Shown: positions 47,430 through 59,980 of the stretch, piece after piece
Position numbering within the stretch: position 1 is the first letter of the stretch
Layout of the letters: the number at the start of each line of letters is the position of its first letter
Source of the DNA: Camelus ferus
Lineage: Eukaryota
Length of the DNA: 64,000 bases
Assembly (NCBI RefSeq): GCF_009834535.1
Contig: NC_045711.1
Coordinates: 6,014,001-6,078,000, forward strand
Reading direction: 5' to 3'
The notes under the pieces: model-generated
Databases searched by the model: none
What the model saw: only the letters and a program-made list of their open reading frames with translations
What the model was told of the DNA's origin: nothing
Translations under genes and position numbers: made by a program

Positions 47430-49700
47430 TATGGGAGACAGGATCCTCACCAAGGGAGTTATAAGTGCGGAAAGGGACAAACACAATAAATTCTGTGATG
47501 TTCCATTGGGAATGGAAATAGCTGTGCGAACATATGATTTTCTCTAGAAGGATAATAGAGATGGAGAGACGGACAGATGGATGGATAAATATTGAATGTG
47601 AATGTGTTATATATATAAAAGCAGAACTAGCACCCAGATACTGACTTCTATATCTGGACTGTCTCCACTCAAAAGAAGCAGACCTGTTAACTGAAATACT
47701 TGATTCCAGAGCTGAAGCAGACAGTACAGGGTAAGCCTGGGCCATTTCTCTGGGCCAGGAATGCAGGAGGTGCTGAAAGAACAAAAAGAACACAGAAGCC
47801 AGCCTGAAGAGACTTTGGCCAAATCTGGGGGCAAACTGAGCATCACAATAAGTAATCATATCAATGGGTTATAATTCAATGAATGGAAAAAGGAAAATAC
47901 AAGTTCACACAGATAGAAATAAATAAATGAGTAATGGGAAGTTTGATAAGAAACCAGATATTGACATAGTCTCAAAGTACCTGCCCACAAACTATTTGCT
48001 AATTTCCAAAAGAAAATGAGTGGCTAAGGTGAGAAGCCTAACAAACACGTCCTTGGTCAAGTGATCAAACTGATGGGACACAAGTAATGGGACAAAGCAA
48101 AATCCCACCTCACAGTCTGCAATACGAACACAGCGTGACTCCCGGGATATTCCTGGCAAAGTGACAAAGGTGCATCACCTGAGTCTAATCATCATGAAGC
48201 ATCAGACAAATCTAAACTGAAGGATATTCTACAAACTAATTGGCCTATAATCTTTGAAAGTTCCAGGATAACAAAAATCACAGAGAAAATCTTGCGGATC
48301 AAAGGAGTCTAAAGAGACATGACAAGTAGATTTAACGCATGATTTTGAACCAGATTCTCCTTGTACGAGACTTTGTTGGGACATTTGGCAAATCTTAAGT
48401 AGAGGAGAAAGATCGGATTCAGGCAATTGTTACTGTATCCATTTTAATGTCTGCATGACAGTATTGGAGGAAAATGACTTTGTAGAAAAGGCACACAAAC
48501 AGTCATCAGGCTGGCAACTTACCTTCAAACTTCAGGAGTGAAAAAGGCCTTTGCACTACTATACATGCAAGTTTTCTGTAAGTTTTGAGATTTCTAAGAT
48601 AGCTTAAATAGTAAAAATGTTTAAAGGTTAAAATAAAAGAACTATGTATCTTTATGTCCTTTGGGTAAGAAAAAGTTTTTGTTATTAGAACTCAATAAGA
48701 TTTAATATTAAAATCAAAGTTCAATATGCCTGACTACGTTAAAACTAACACCAAAAACTAACACCAAAAGAAGACAAACCACAAATTGGAAGATGGTATT
48801 GTAATAAACAGAGCTAACAAAGGTCAGTGACCAACTTATATATGAACCCTACATTAACTAGAAAAAGTCAATAGAAAAGAGAACCAAAGGCATTCATGGG
48901 AAACCTGAATGCAATAACAATATGGAAAGAAATGTTAGGGAAATTGAAATCAAGATGATAATGGAATACTACTTTTTTAATCAACTTAATTGGCAAAAAT
49001 TAAGTCTGACAATATCAACTGTTAGGAGGATGTGAATTGATGGGAACACTTCAGCGCTGCTGGTTAACATATAATTTGGTTCAACAATTTTGCAGAAGAA
49101 TCTGGCGCTATTGGGGAAAGGTAAACCTCTGAGGATCTCGTGACTCAGCAATTCCACCCAAGCTCTATACCCCAGAGCTCCTCAGCTGGACAACTGGAGA
49201 CAAGTCGGAGAACACGACAAGGAGCACTGCTTGCAATAGCAAAAACTGGGAACAACCCCAGTCAGCTTCGGAACAACCCCAATAAGCTTATCCTCACAAT
49301 GGAATCGTATCCAGCGGTGCAAATGAGTGAGCTACAGCCAAACAGAAAAACATGTGGAGTTTAGTAACACAACGTTGAACGAGAAAATAGCAAACCCCAG
49401 AGTGTTATGTACAACCTGGGATTTGCATGAAGCTCAAAAAAAGCAAAACAAAACAATATACTGATTACATTAAGATGTGGTGGAACTAGTTTGATAAGCA
49501 ATGGAATGACAAACACAACATTCAAGAAAGTGGTTTCAGCTGAGACGTGACGTGATGGAGAAAACCTGTAGGAAGCTTTAAGGTTTTGGTAACTTCTGGT
49601 TCTTGAACTGAGTAGGGTGTCCATGAGTGTTCATGGAAGATAATATAGTGCTGTATAACTTCCATGTACTTTATACATAATCCTTTGCTTGTAATAAGTA
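47430..49700 (+). mobile_element. Old L1MC/L1ME-type fragments
   Basis: ctaatcatcatgaagcatcagacaaatctaaactgaaggatattctacaa..; ctcagcaattccacccaag..; boundaries approximate. Confidence 0.55.
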
Positions 49701-50492
49701 TTATACCATGTTAAACTACATAGCAAACAAATCTGAATTGTCATGATAATTTCAAACTTGAAAACAAAATAAATATACTCACATGGTTCACTCAGTGTTT
49801 TCTCACAGTTTTTTGGATTTTTAGAAAAATATTTCTTGTGCTGCACAATATATCCTTATAGTTTACTTCTTTTATACGTGGTAGTTTGTACCTCTTAATC
49901 CCCTGCCCCTTTCTTGCACCTGCCCCATTCCCTCTCCCCACCGGTAACCACTAGTTTGTCCTCTGTATCTGTGGGCCTCACAATTTTTTGGATTTGATTC
50001 TTATAATAAACCTGGAGGTCTGGGTCAGAAGGGCCAGGTGGCTCAGCCATGGTCATCAGTCTGGTAAGAGATCGGTTAGAGCCTCAAATGTAAGGTTTAA
50101 GACACTGAATCCTAGGCAGTTTCCAGCAACCCAGAATCACAGCAAAATGGGGTGCTGGGAAAAGAAGTCAAAATACAGAAAACAGTACCACTCTTCTGGG
50201 GAAATCCTGTCATCCTAGGAGGAACCTGTCCCCCAGAAGGCAGAAAGGAGGGTGTGGCTTTCCAAATGTTTCCATGAGAACCTATCTTATTGTCATAAGG
50301 GTGTTCAAATCAACCATTATGAACAAAAATAAGGATATTACTTATTTCCCTAAAACTCAGAGTCATTGGCTCAGTTGCAGTGTGCATTCACTTCTGCAAT
50401 GACACATCCACAAGCTATAAAGTGGGCAGATACAGCAGCCCCCTCTCCACTTTATAGGTGGAAAACAGACAAAGAGAAGTGACGTACCCCTG

Positions 50493-51428
50493 TCACTCCC
50501 CTTTACAAACCAGCCAGCATCTCCCTAATCTCTTCACTGCTGCCTGTACCTCATGGTTCCTCAGCGTGTAGATCATGGGGTTGAGCATGGGGGTCATGAC
50601 CGTGTGGCTGATGGACACAGCCTTGTCCATGGAGAAGGAGGTGAAGGGCCGGGCATAGAGGTAAATGCTTGGCATGAAGACCATAGACACGACCATGATG
50701 TGGGTGGTGCAGGTGGAAGCTGCCTTCCTCCTCGCCTGCCCTGAGCGGGACCTCAGCATCACCAGGATGATGGAGTAGGAGATTAGGAGGAGGAGGAACC
50801 AGATGACATCCAGCATCCCACTGTTGCAGATCATGAGGAACTCTAAGACCGAAGTGTCTGTGCAGGCAAGTCTCAGCACTTGAGGAACATCACAGTAGAA
50901 GTTGTCTAGGACATTGGGGCCACAGAAAGGCAGAGGGAGCATCAGAGCCACTTGAGAAATCGAGTGAACGAAACCCACCATCCAGGCTGTCACCACCAGC
51001 CCCACGCAGAGCTGAGTGTTCACGATGGTGACATAGTGGAGGGGCCGGGAGATGGCAACAAGGTGGTCATAAGCCATCACCGACAGAAAGAAGACCATGG
51101 CACCTCCCAGAAAGTGGAAGAAGAAGACCTGGGCCATGCAGCCCTGGTAGGAGATGGTCTTCTTCTCAGAGAAGAAGTCCACCAGCATCTTTGGGGCAGT
51201 GACAGAGGAGAAACAGAGGTCTAAGATTGCTAGATTTCGAAGCAGAAAATACATAGGTGTGTGGAGCCGGGAATCAGAGGTCACTGTGACCATGATGAGG
51301 AGATTTCCCATGACAGTGGTGGTGTAGACAAACAGGAACACCAGAAACAAGAAAAGCTGGAGCTCCCGAGTCTGTGAGAGCCCCAGGAAGACAAATTCTG
51401 ATACCCACGTGAGGTTGCCTGGTTCCAT
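50493..51428 (-). CDS. OR4D2: Olfactory receptor 4D2-like, 311 aa
   Basis: ATG 51428 [24 protein letters not shown]; [19 protein letters not shown] and [18 protein letters not shown] resemble human OR4D2 as recalled. The TM3 motif reads MAYDHL. Acceptor at 51447-51448. Confidence 0.85.
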   Translation of the reverse strand: MEPGNLTWVSEFVFLGLSQTRELQLFLFLVFLFVYTTTVMGNLLIMVTVTSDSRLHTPMYFLLRNLAILDLCFSSVTAPKMLVDFFSEKKTISYQGCMAQVFFFHFLGGAMVFFLSVMAYDHLVAISRPLHYVTIVNTQLCVGLVVTAWMVGFVHSISQVALMLPLPFCGPNVLDNFYCDVPQVLRLACTDTSVLEFLMICNSGMLDVIWFLLLLISYSIILVMLRSRSGQARRKAASTCTTHIMVVSMVFMPSIYLYARPFTSFSMDKAVSISHTVMTPMLNPMIYTLRNHEVQAAVKRLGRCWLVCKGE

Positions 51429-52658
51429 CGTGTCTTCTCCACACACCTAAAGAAAACAAACCACAGACAGACATGCATTAGTGCTCAGGGGCTCCTACTG
51501 AGTTATCCAGGTCTAGGCGATGGACGTCCATGTGCAGTTCTAATGCCAGGTGCTGATTCAATGGCCTTGTCTCTGGAGAGTTCATTAGTTGGTGCTGGAA
51601 TAGACATTCATGAGATATCTTACAGCTGTCCGGCGACGCGCACAACTGCCTCTCAAAGATTCAGTGTGATCTAATGTTGGGAAGACACAGAATCCAACAA
51701 CCAGAGTCAAATTTCAGAGCTTCTATTTCCTTAAGATTTGACCCTGAACAAGTGCCTCAATCTCTCTGAGTCTCAGTTGTTACATCTAAAAGAAAATGTT
51801 TTCTTTATAGAAGTTGTCTAGGGGATTCAATAAAGTAACACACAAGGTTTCTAGAACAGTGCCTGGAATAACCAATGGTAATCGCTCTCCTCCGTGTATC
51901 CCCTACTCTAAAGACATCCTTCCTTCTTCCAGTCTCTAATACAGCTTTGTACCAGGCATTTTTCAGGGAATATCTAACATGTCATAATAATGTTAATGAA
52001 CTTTCTGCGTGTCTATGTTTCCCTTCATCATTTAGCTCTAAGCTCCATCAGTATAAATATGGATCTTTTCATTTATTTGTGCCCTGCAGTGCCCATCCTC
52101 GCTGATAGTAAAAGCACGTGTGTTGACTGCTCGGTGGGTGAACGGCTGTAAGAGTGCCTCCCCTCACTGATGTAGAGGCCCCATACTGGGTGACGTAATA
52201 GGATGTATATGTTATGTGTACTGAGACAAGAGAAGGGGAAGAGAGATTTTCTGAGTTAAGAAATGGGTGATGGGTATTATATGAAGGGGACTGGAAGAGC
52301 TCTTCTGAAGGGACAAGGATTTAAAAGATGTTATTGAGTATAAAGATAGAAGACAAAGGAAGAGTGTGAAATAAGACAAACAGAATAGACAAGGGGAAAA
52401 AGAGGGGTAATTAAGAGTAAGAGAGAGGGAGGAAGGGGAATGGAAAGGTGTGGGGCGCGTGAGAGAGGATGGGAACAAAGGTGAAGAAGGACATGGAGTG
52501 TGAGAGACAGAGGGGACAAGTGAAGGTTAAGTGACTGCCACACTCACCCAGCCTTTTCTCACCCCCCTCACCTGCCTCCTGCAATCTATGGTCTATTGAA
52601 GGTCATTTTAATCTCATACTTCTGCTTCCATTTGCTTCCACCTTCCACTTCAGTCCAT

Positions 52659-52825
52659 TTTCTTCTTTCTTCTTCTTCTTTTTTTTTTTTTTTTTAGTTT
52701 TCTTGTCGGGGGGGGGGAGATAATAAGGTATTTATTTATTATTTATTTAGATGGAGGTACTGGGGATTGAACCCAGCACCTTGTGGATGCTAAGCACGTG
52801 CTCTACTACTGAGCTCTACTCTCCC
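52659..52825 (-). mobile_element. vic-1-type SINE
   Basis: Reverse-complement SINE with long T tail; TSD cagtccat at 52651-52658 and 52829-52836. Confidence 0.85.
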
Positions 52826-53869
52826 AACCAGTCCATCTTCTACGTCACTGTCAGTGAGATGTTTCTAAACTCATATCTGATCCTCTTCCTCCCTCATTAC
52901 AATCTTTTAATGACCATCTAGTGCCCATGGCTTAAAACTCAAGTCCTCAGAAGCTGCCTCACTTGCTTTGTTGACTAATTCAGGGTTGAAAAACATACTT
53001 ACACGTGTGTGTGCAGCTCCCTCTCAGAATATCAAACAGCAAACTATCAAATGTAGCCTCCATCTGCCAGTTAATCAGTACCCGTGTTACCCAGGAACTG
53101 ATTGCTGTTCAAGGAATTCATAGTCTCTCACATTTGCCATGTGCTTGGTTATTACTGTAGGTTTGGAAATGAAACCTGTTTCCTGAAATGCCTTCTACGA
53201 CCTTCTCAACCCAGAAATCCTCACATACCCCTTCTATATCACTCCTCCATTTCTGCCGTGTGAAACTAGTCCCTCATTTCTCTGAGTTCCAATAATGTTT
53301 TATAAACACCTCCATAATAGGACTTTTCATGTTATTCTGTTGTCTCTCTTAACTAGATTATAAATTCAATAACTAGTAGCCCCCACACCTACAATAGCAA
53401 CTCTGATTTAGCAGTTGTTCAAGAAAAATTTGCTAACATTGTATATTAGTTCTAATTACATGGTCTTGTTCAATGTCAACATGTGGAGAATTTGGGGGGT
53501 GCAATTCCTTATCTTTTGCTCTCAGCATTCTCCCACTAAATCTCAGGGCCAATTTTTCACTTGGTTGTTGAAAGCCTGGTTTTGCACATGCAACTCCAGG
53601 AATCTGTTTCCCACACCACGTTTCCTTTCTGATGCTCTGCTCACACTTTAGACTTACTGCCATCAAGTCTGGGTCACTTATTCAATCTCTCTACCCTCCA
53701 GCAAGTGCTTCTCAATCCTTCTTACAGCTACTCTATCTCCAGGTTAGGAAACCCTGCTAGCCCACCCTCCTTCAGCCTAGAATGGAAGAGAGACTTCAGG
53801 TCTTACATCTTCTTGGAGATCCTTTCCCTGCAGCAACAGTTTCCCAGTCACTGCCGTTACATCACATCT

Positions 53870-53997
53870 ACAGTAATGAGTGTGACCCTAGGGGAAAAGG
53901 GAGTATCCTTGGGGAAAAATGACTGGACTGGGCTCAGGAAGCAGGGCTGTGCTGATTACCTCTCAGTCTGGGGAGCAATGGGAGTTGTTAAAAAGTT
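53870..53997 (-). promoter_or_regulatory. Candidate OR4D2 promoter (homeodomain plus O/E sites)
   Basis: TAATGA 53874-53879; O/E-like CCCTAGGGGA 53886-53895 and TCCTTGGGGA 53906-53915; AACTTTTTAACAA (minus) 53997-53985. Confidence 0.6.
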
Positions 53998-54179
53998 TTG
54001 AATTGTATCAAAAACACATATTCTTTGAGAGCTATTCCTTAGGGGTCAAAAGGACCAAGGACAATACAATTTTATAGACCTATGGAATGTAGGATTGTCA
54101 GGCCAAGATTCAGAAGGACAAGGGCCTCTTCAAAGGAAACAGGCTCTCTGGGAGTTTTAGAAGAACCCATTTCCTAGAC

Positions 54180-54360
54180 TAGTGATTCTTGCCCTTGAGA
54201 CAATCACCTGGAGAGCTTGTTGAAAGACAGATTATTGTGGCCCAGCCCCAGACTTTGCCATTCAGTTGGTCCATGGTGAGGCCAAGAATTTGCATTTGTG
54301 GCAAGTTTTCAAATGATGCTGGTTCTCCTGTTCCAGGGATCACCCTTTAAGAACCACAGA
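54180..54360. mobile_element. MER5-type DNA transposon
   Basis: aatcacctggagagcttgtt..ccagccccagact..gaatttgcatt..tgatgctgg..tttaagaaccac. Confidence 0.7.
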
Positions 54361-54829
54361 CTTGCTCATCAGCACAAAGGGCTGTTCTCTTTCTTCTGCA
54401 TATCTTTGAGGTGACTGGTTTGATTTCTTTCCTTCTTCTTCTCCTCCTTCTTCTCTTTGTCCTTTTCCTTCCCCTTTTAAGCCTCATTGATCTTTCACCA
54501 TTCATACCCAAGTCTACCACATCATCTATAAAATGCTAGCCTTTTTCACATGTAAATTATTACTGCCTCTAACAGAAGGACTGGTACAGCAACCCTATAT
54601 ATTTTTAATTAAGAGGAATTGATCAACACTGGAATTAACTGACATTGTAACCTTAATGTCCTGTCAAGACTAGATAGAGCTCTCTGATCTGCATAGGATT
54701 TTAGGTAGGTCTAATTTTTTTTTTACTGTAAAGGTTTATTCTTGGTAAAATAACTTGTCTGTCTCTGGCCGATAAGAATAAAATGTGAAGATCTTCCACA
54801 TACAAGAGACTGGATTTAAAAAAACAGTT

Positions 54830-55185
54830 ATTTTTCTAAATATAGTTGCTGTACAATATTATATAATTTACAGGTTTACATTATAGTGATTCACAACTTT
54901 TAAAGGTTAAACTCCATATATATTTGTTATAAAATATTGGCTACATTCCTTGTGTTGTACCATACACCCTTGAACTTACTTTTCACCCAATAGTTTGTAC
55001 CTCCCACACCCCCACCACTATATTCCCCCTCCCCGCCCTAGTAACCACCAGTTTATTCTCTATTTCTGTGAGTCTGCTTCTTTTTTGTTACATTCACTAG
55101 TTTGTTGTATTTTTAGATTCCGCATACAAGCAGTATCACACAGTATTTGTCTTCCTCTGTCTGGCTTATTCCACTTAGCATTATA
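54830..55185 (-). mobile_element. L1 3' end fragment
   Basis: tatagttgctgtacaatattatat..gtaaccaccagtttattctctatttctgtgagtctg..ccacttagcatta. Confidence 0.8.
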
Positions 55186-55189
55186 AGGA

Positions 55190-55350
55190 ATTTTGGAGCA
55201 GCCAATCCAGAGTCCTAAAATGTTGGAGCTGCTGAATCAACCAACTCTGGAATTTCCTATCACCTAGTCTTTGTAAGTGATATAATTTCCTCATTATTTA
55301 AGCCACTGTGATTCGGTGGTGCTGCTACTTGCAGCCAAAAGCATCCTTAT
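55190..55350 (+). mobile_element. MLT1 (MaLR LTR) 3' fragment
   Basis: ttatttaagccactgtgattcgg..ctacttgcagccaaaagcatcct. Confidence 0.65.
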
Positions 55351-56887
55351 TGATATATGTATTTCAAAGAGGATCATCATTGTTTTCGAAAGAGCTCACA
55401 CCCCAGGGCAGCTGTGTGTCAGATGGTGAGCATCCCATTTTAAGACGGATGTTGTCATATGAGAGTAAAGACAGGAGAGATGGCCAGGATGGCGGAATCA
55501 GGAAACTTGTCACAATGGGAACAATTGGAGAAAGGTGGATGCTGCATCTGGAGAAAAGACAAATTAGCAGATGAGAAAAGTATCATCAGATATTTAAAGG
55601 ACTTTAGTGTGAAAGGAGTTGACACTCTTCTGAGGGACCACTCAGATCAGACATGACACTAAGTCCATTTTCTCTCCCCTCATTGTGGAAGCCCCACTGT
55701 GAATAGGGAGACATGTGTGAAATGGGAGTAGGCAGGTGGAAGGGGGGAAAGGATGAACTCAGAGCTGCCATGATGGCTTAAAGAGCCTATAACTTTTATT
55801 TCTTGGATGGGATGGTTGCTGGGAGGGAAGATGGAACAAAAAGCTTCTGCAATATCTTCTTAACTTTGGGTCGATATTATACATTGCCCAAGACTTTTAC
55901 AAAGTGAGGCATACGTCAAAGGAGATGAGGAAATAAATATAAGGTACGGAGAGAGAAATAAAAAGTGCATTCTGAAATTGACAAAGAGAGAGCAGAGTGC
56001 AAGAGAAAGTAGCAATGCCTCTCTGTATAAGAAACTGTTCAAGGTGCTGAGAGGATCTGAAGATGAATAGAGCAAGGCCCCCGCCCTCAAGGAGCCCTCA
56101 TTCCAGTGCAGGAAGCCAAAAAGAAAGACAAAACCCAGGAAGTGACAGTCTTGAACCGAATCCATACCTCAAATGTGAACATTAATAGATGTGGCCCTGC
56201 CCTCTCTGGCCATTCTACAGCATCCACCTCTCAGCCATACCATCCAAGTGATGCAAAGATTGTGTTAAGAAAGTAGAATGTCTTTCAGATTATCTAAGGA
56301 GTTTTGGTAGAAAAGAAAGAAATCCAAAGGGCAAATACTTAGAAAATCGGAAATATTTAGACAATGTTAAAAGTGAGGCCACTTCCAGAATACCATAATG
56401 GGGAACGAGGCAGAGGGGCAGGGAGCAGAAAAGAATGTGATTGCTCCAGAGTTAAGATGAAAGTGTTGACCATTCATCACAGATACTCATCCACAGATGA
56501 GGAACTCTCTCAAGTTTTCCCTAGTAGTTCTGGGAGACCCTGAACTTCAAAACCCACCATTTCTCCTGCCTTCACTCGGAGACAGAGGAACCAAGCTCTT
56601 GGCCATGCTCTGCCACTCACTGTTCATCACTGAGCAAGTCACTTCTCTCTGAGTTTTCTTATTTGTAAAACTGTTTAATGTAATAATAACATACACACTG
56701 TCATCTTCTTAAGAATGAAATAGATGTGTGAAAGTGTTTAACACAATACCTGACACAGGACTAGGTCCATAGAAATACTACTTTAATCTCAATTGCCACA
56801 CTCCATTAAGGCTTTCTTCCAACTGTCACGTGGGAAAACAGAAGTTCAGAGAGAAGATTTGTCATGGAAAGTCAATCCATTTTAAGT

Positions 56888-57823
56888 TCACTTCCTGCTG
56901 CAAATCACTAGGCGCTTGCTTAATCTCTTCATGGCTGCCTGCATCTCCTGGTTCCTCAGGGTGTAGATCATGGGGTTGAGCATAGGGGTCAAGACCGTGT
57001 AGCTGATGGACACAGCCTTGTCCATGGGGAAGGGAGTGAAGGGCCGGGAGTAGATATAGATACAGGGAATGAAGATCATAGACACGACGATGATGTGGGT
57101 GGTGCAAGTGGAAGCTGCCTTCCTCCTCGCCTGCCCTGAGTGGGACCTGAGCATCATCAGGATGACAGTGTAAGACACCAGAAGGAAGAGGAACCAAATG
57201 AGGACCAGCATCCCACTGTTGGAGATCATGAGGAACTCCAGGAGGGAGGTGTCAGTGCAGGCAAGTCTGAGCACTTGAGGAACGTCACAAAAGAAGTTAT
57301 CCAGGATGTTGGGACCACAAAAAGGCAATGGGAGCATCAGAACCAGCTGGACGATGGAGTGGACAAAGCCTCCTACCCAGGCAGCCACCACCAGACCCAC
57401 ACACACTCGAGTGTTCATGATGGTGACATAGTGGAGAGGCCGGGAGATGGCTATGTACCGGTCATAGGCCATCACGGAGAGGAAGAAGACAGTTGCACCT
57501 CCCAAGAGGTGGAAGAAGAAGATCTGGGCCATGCAGCCCTGGTAGGAAATGGTCTTAGTCTGTTGGAAGAAGTCCACCAGCATCTTCGGGGAAGTGACTG
57601 TAGAGTAGCTGAGGTCTATGACAGCCAGATTTCGGAGGAGAAAATACATGGGTGTGTGGAGCCGAGAGTCAAAAGTCACTGTGACCGTGATAAGGAGGTT
57701 TCCCACAATGGTGGTGACATAGACAAATAGGAACAGTGTGAACAGGAATTTCTCAAACTCCTGGTTCTGTGAGAACCCCAAGAGGACAAACTCTGACACT
57801 TTTGTGATGTTCTGTGGTTCCAT
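56888..57823 (-). CDS. OR4D1: Olfactory receptor 4D1-like, 311 aa
   Basis: [19 protein letters not shown]...YSTVTSPKM...MAYDRYIAI...[12 protein letters not shown]; all canonical OR motifs intact. Acceptor tctctctag| at 57842-57843. Confidence 0.9.
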   Translation of the reverse strand: MEPQNITKVSEFVLLGFSQNQEFEKFLFTLFLFVYVTTIVGNLLITVTVTFDSRLHTPMYFLLRNLAVIDLSYSTVTSPKMLVDFFQQTKTISYQGCMAQIFFFHLLGGATVFFLSVMAYDRYIAISRPLHYVTIMNTRVCVGLVVAAWVGGFVHSIVQLVLMLPLPFCGPNILDNFFCDVPQVLRLACTDTSLLEFLMISNSGMLVLIWFLFLLVSYTVILMMLRSHSGQARRKAASTCTTHIIVVSMIFIPCIYIYSRPFTPFPMDKAVSISYTVLTPMLNPMIYTLRNQEMQAAMKRLSKRLVICSRK

Positions 57824-58374
57824 GGAACCTTCTCCACATGACTAGAGAGAAACCATATGAAACAAAAATCATAATAATTCAATCATTCTCCTTTGGAGAA
57901 TCAGGATGGAGTTGATCAAAATCCTTGTTGAGTACCATTCCAAAATGGAGCGTCCCACAGAGATAAATACATTTTCACATGATTTCAGTTAATCAAATAG
58001 ATGCTTCTTCCTGGTGGAGGTATAACTCCTTGCTGAAGGAAGAGAGATGTGTATTAGAAGAAATTGTCATATACAAATTCAGAGGCAAATGTGAAGAAAA
58101 ACAAGGAGATGATTTTGGCTGTAGTGAAGGTGGGATGCTTAGAGCTTCTCAAGCTTTTCCACCTAAATACTTTCTAGTGGCATTTGTTGCCATGGGGCCA
58201 TCTGCAGGGGTAACTCCAAGCAGCCCAGGACAAATGCAAAACTCCTCGAACTCTCATGTTTTATATTTTAATATCTATGTAAATTTTCTATTAATCATAT
58301 CTCTAGACAATCTTTAGAAGGCTTAACACTTAAGTATTGTGGCTTGTAAAACGTTTTAAGACCAAGTTGCTCTA

Positions 58375-58528
58375 AGATGGAAGGATATAGCGCAAATGAT
58401 ACAGCACATGCTTAGCATATACAAGGTCCTGGGTTCAATCCCCAGCACCTCCTCTAAAAATAAACAGATAGGTAAATCTAACTATCTCCCTCCTCAAAAA
58501 AATTAAAGATAAATAAATAATCTTTTAA
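58375..58528 (+). mobile_element. vic-1-type SINE
   Basis: ggatatagcgcaaatgat..cttagcatatacaaggtcctgggttcaatccccagcacctcc; 17-bp TSD aagaccaag(t/g)tgctcta at 58358-58374 and 58529-58545. Confidence 0.85.
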
Positions 58529-59689
58529 AAGACCAAGGTGCTCTAGAAAATATAGAAAAGGGAAGAAACATCTTTCTTTAGTTCAGAACTGAAAGTTCCA
58601 GAAGACATCCACTTGAAAAATTGAGCCCTTTGGTGTTAATATCCATTCCCTTGGATTATAATTTTCCAGAATTGTCTTCTCTAATCATTCAGAAAATTCT
58701 TCCCTGAGGCCCCACCGTGTGGAGATAACAGAACATAGAACAATCTCTGCTCCCTGGTCCCCACCTGACATACGGGAGGGGCAGCAGCAAACACACGGAT
58801 GTTCTGTTCACGAGCGAATTGGATGAGTACATGTAGGAAGATTTCCATCAACTTCTGTAGACAAACATACAACAGAATTCTCTCTAAAATTATCTGTGAG
58901 GTATTACAATGCTCAAAATATTGCCAGGTTTATCTCTTCTAAAACTCATGATTTATTCTCAAATATTTGTGTAAAAATGCTGTTCCAGGAAGATGCACTC
59001 TCTTTATTCTGCGGCTTCACCAGCTCTCAGGATAGGACCATTGGTAAAGCATCCCCATGAGCCACTGAGACCCTTGCAAGCTGTTTGGTGGGACATGATG
59101 GGAGGAAACAGGGTTAAAATGGGCGTATCCCAGCACAGCAGGGCAGGAAGCCCCGAGACAGGGCAGAGCCGGACAGACAGCACATCCTGGGGCATTACCA
59201 GAGCAACCCCAACAAAGGGCAATAGATTTCAGACTGGCTTTATTTCCTTCCTCCATCATGTGTTGTCAAGGTTAGACTTTGCGGGGGGGGGGGGGCTGGC
59301 AGCAGCTTAAATGGCAAAGTTTGGCTTCTCTGAGAAAGCCCTTGACCCCTAACCCTTCACCTTCAACCCTCCCACCTGCTCATTGGTTTCTAAAATGCCA
59401 ACAGCATAGCCTTATTATCTCTATTTTTGTCTTTATCCCCATTTAGCTGACAACTGTCATACACTCTTGTATGCTTTTATCAGTCAGAGATGCACCCTAT
59501 ACAACGTTGTACGTAAGTTGATTCCTAAAAGACATTTTCCCTCTCCTCAAAATTTTTTTTAAAAAAAACTTTGTCTACAGGAAAAAATTCAGGGTTTTCA
59601 GATGAGGTTTCAGGGGCTTCCATACAAACTGGCTCCTCCTTTCTTTTCAGACTCACCTGCCACTTAGCAGTAGTGGAAGCTGCAAACAT

Positions 59690-59980
59690 TCATTGTGGCT
59701 GTAGTGGTAACAATTGTCATAATAGTAAACACTTACTGCATGTTTACTATGCCCTAGGCACTATGCTAAGCATTTTACAAGCGTTATCCTGTTTAATTCT
59801 CATATATTATTCTCATGCTTATGAAGTATAGTAAGTACTATTAATTATCCCCAGGTTACAGATAAGTGAGCCATAAAGAGGTTAAATACCTTGCCCCAGG
59901 TCACAGAGAATAAGTGGCAGAGCTGGGACTCTGAACTGGGACTCTGAACTGGGTCTGATTAGCCCCAGAATTTGCACTCT
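59690..59980 (+). mobile_element. MIR
   Basis: aacacttactgcatgtttactatgccctaggcactatgctaagcatttt..gaggttaaataccttgccccaggtcacaga. Confidence 0.7.

Noticed and set aside
57140-57730. 196-aa plus-strand ORF (and similar ORFs at 39396-39638 and 50952-51224)
   Set aside because: Antisense shadows of OR coding sequence; no independent start, splice or homology evidence.
59283-59295. G13 homopolymer as a G-quadruplex element
   Set aside because: Isolated run with no supporting context; length is unreliable in assemblies.
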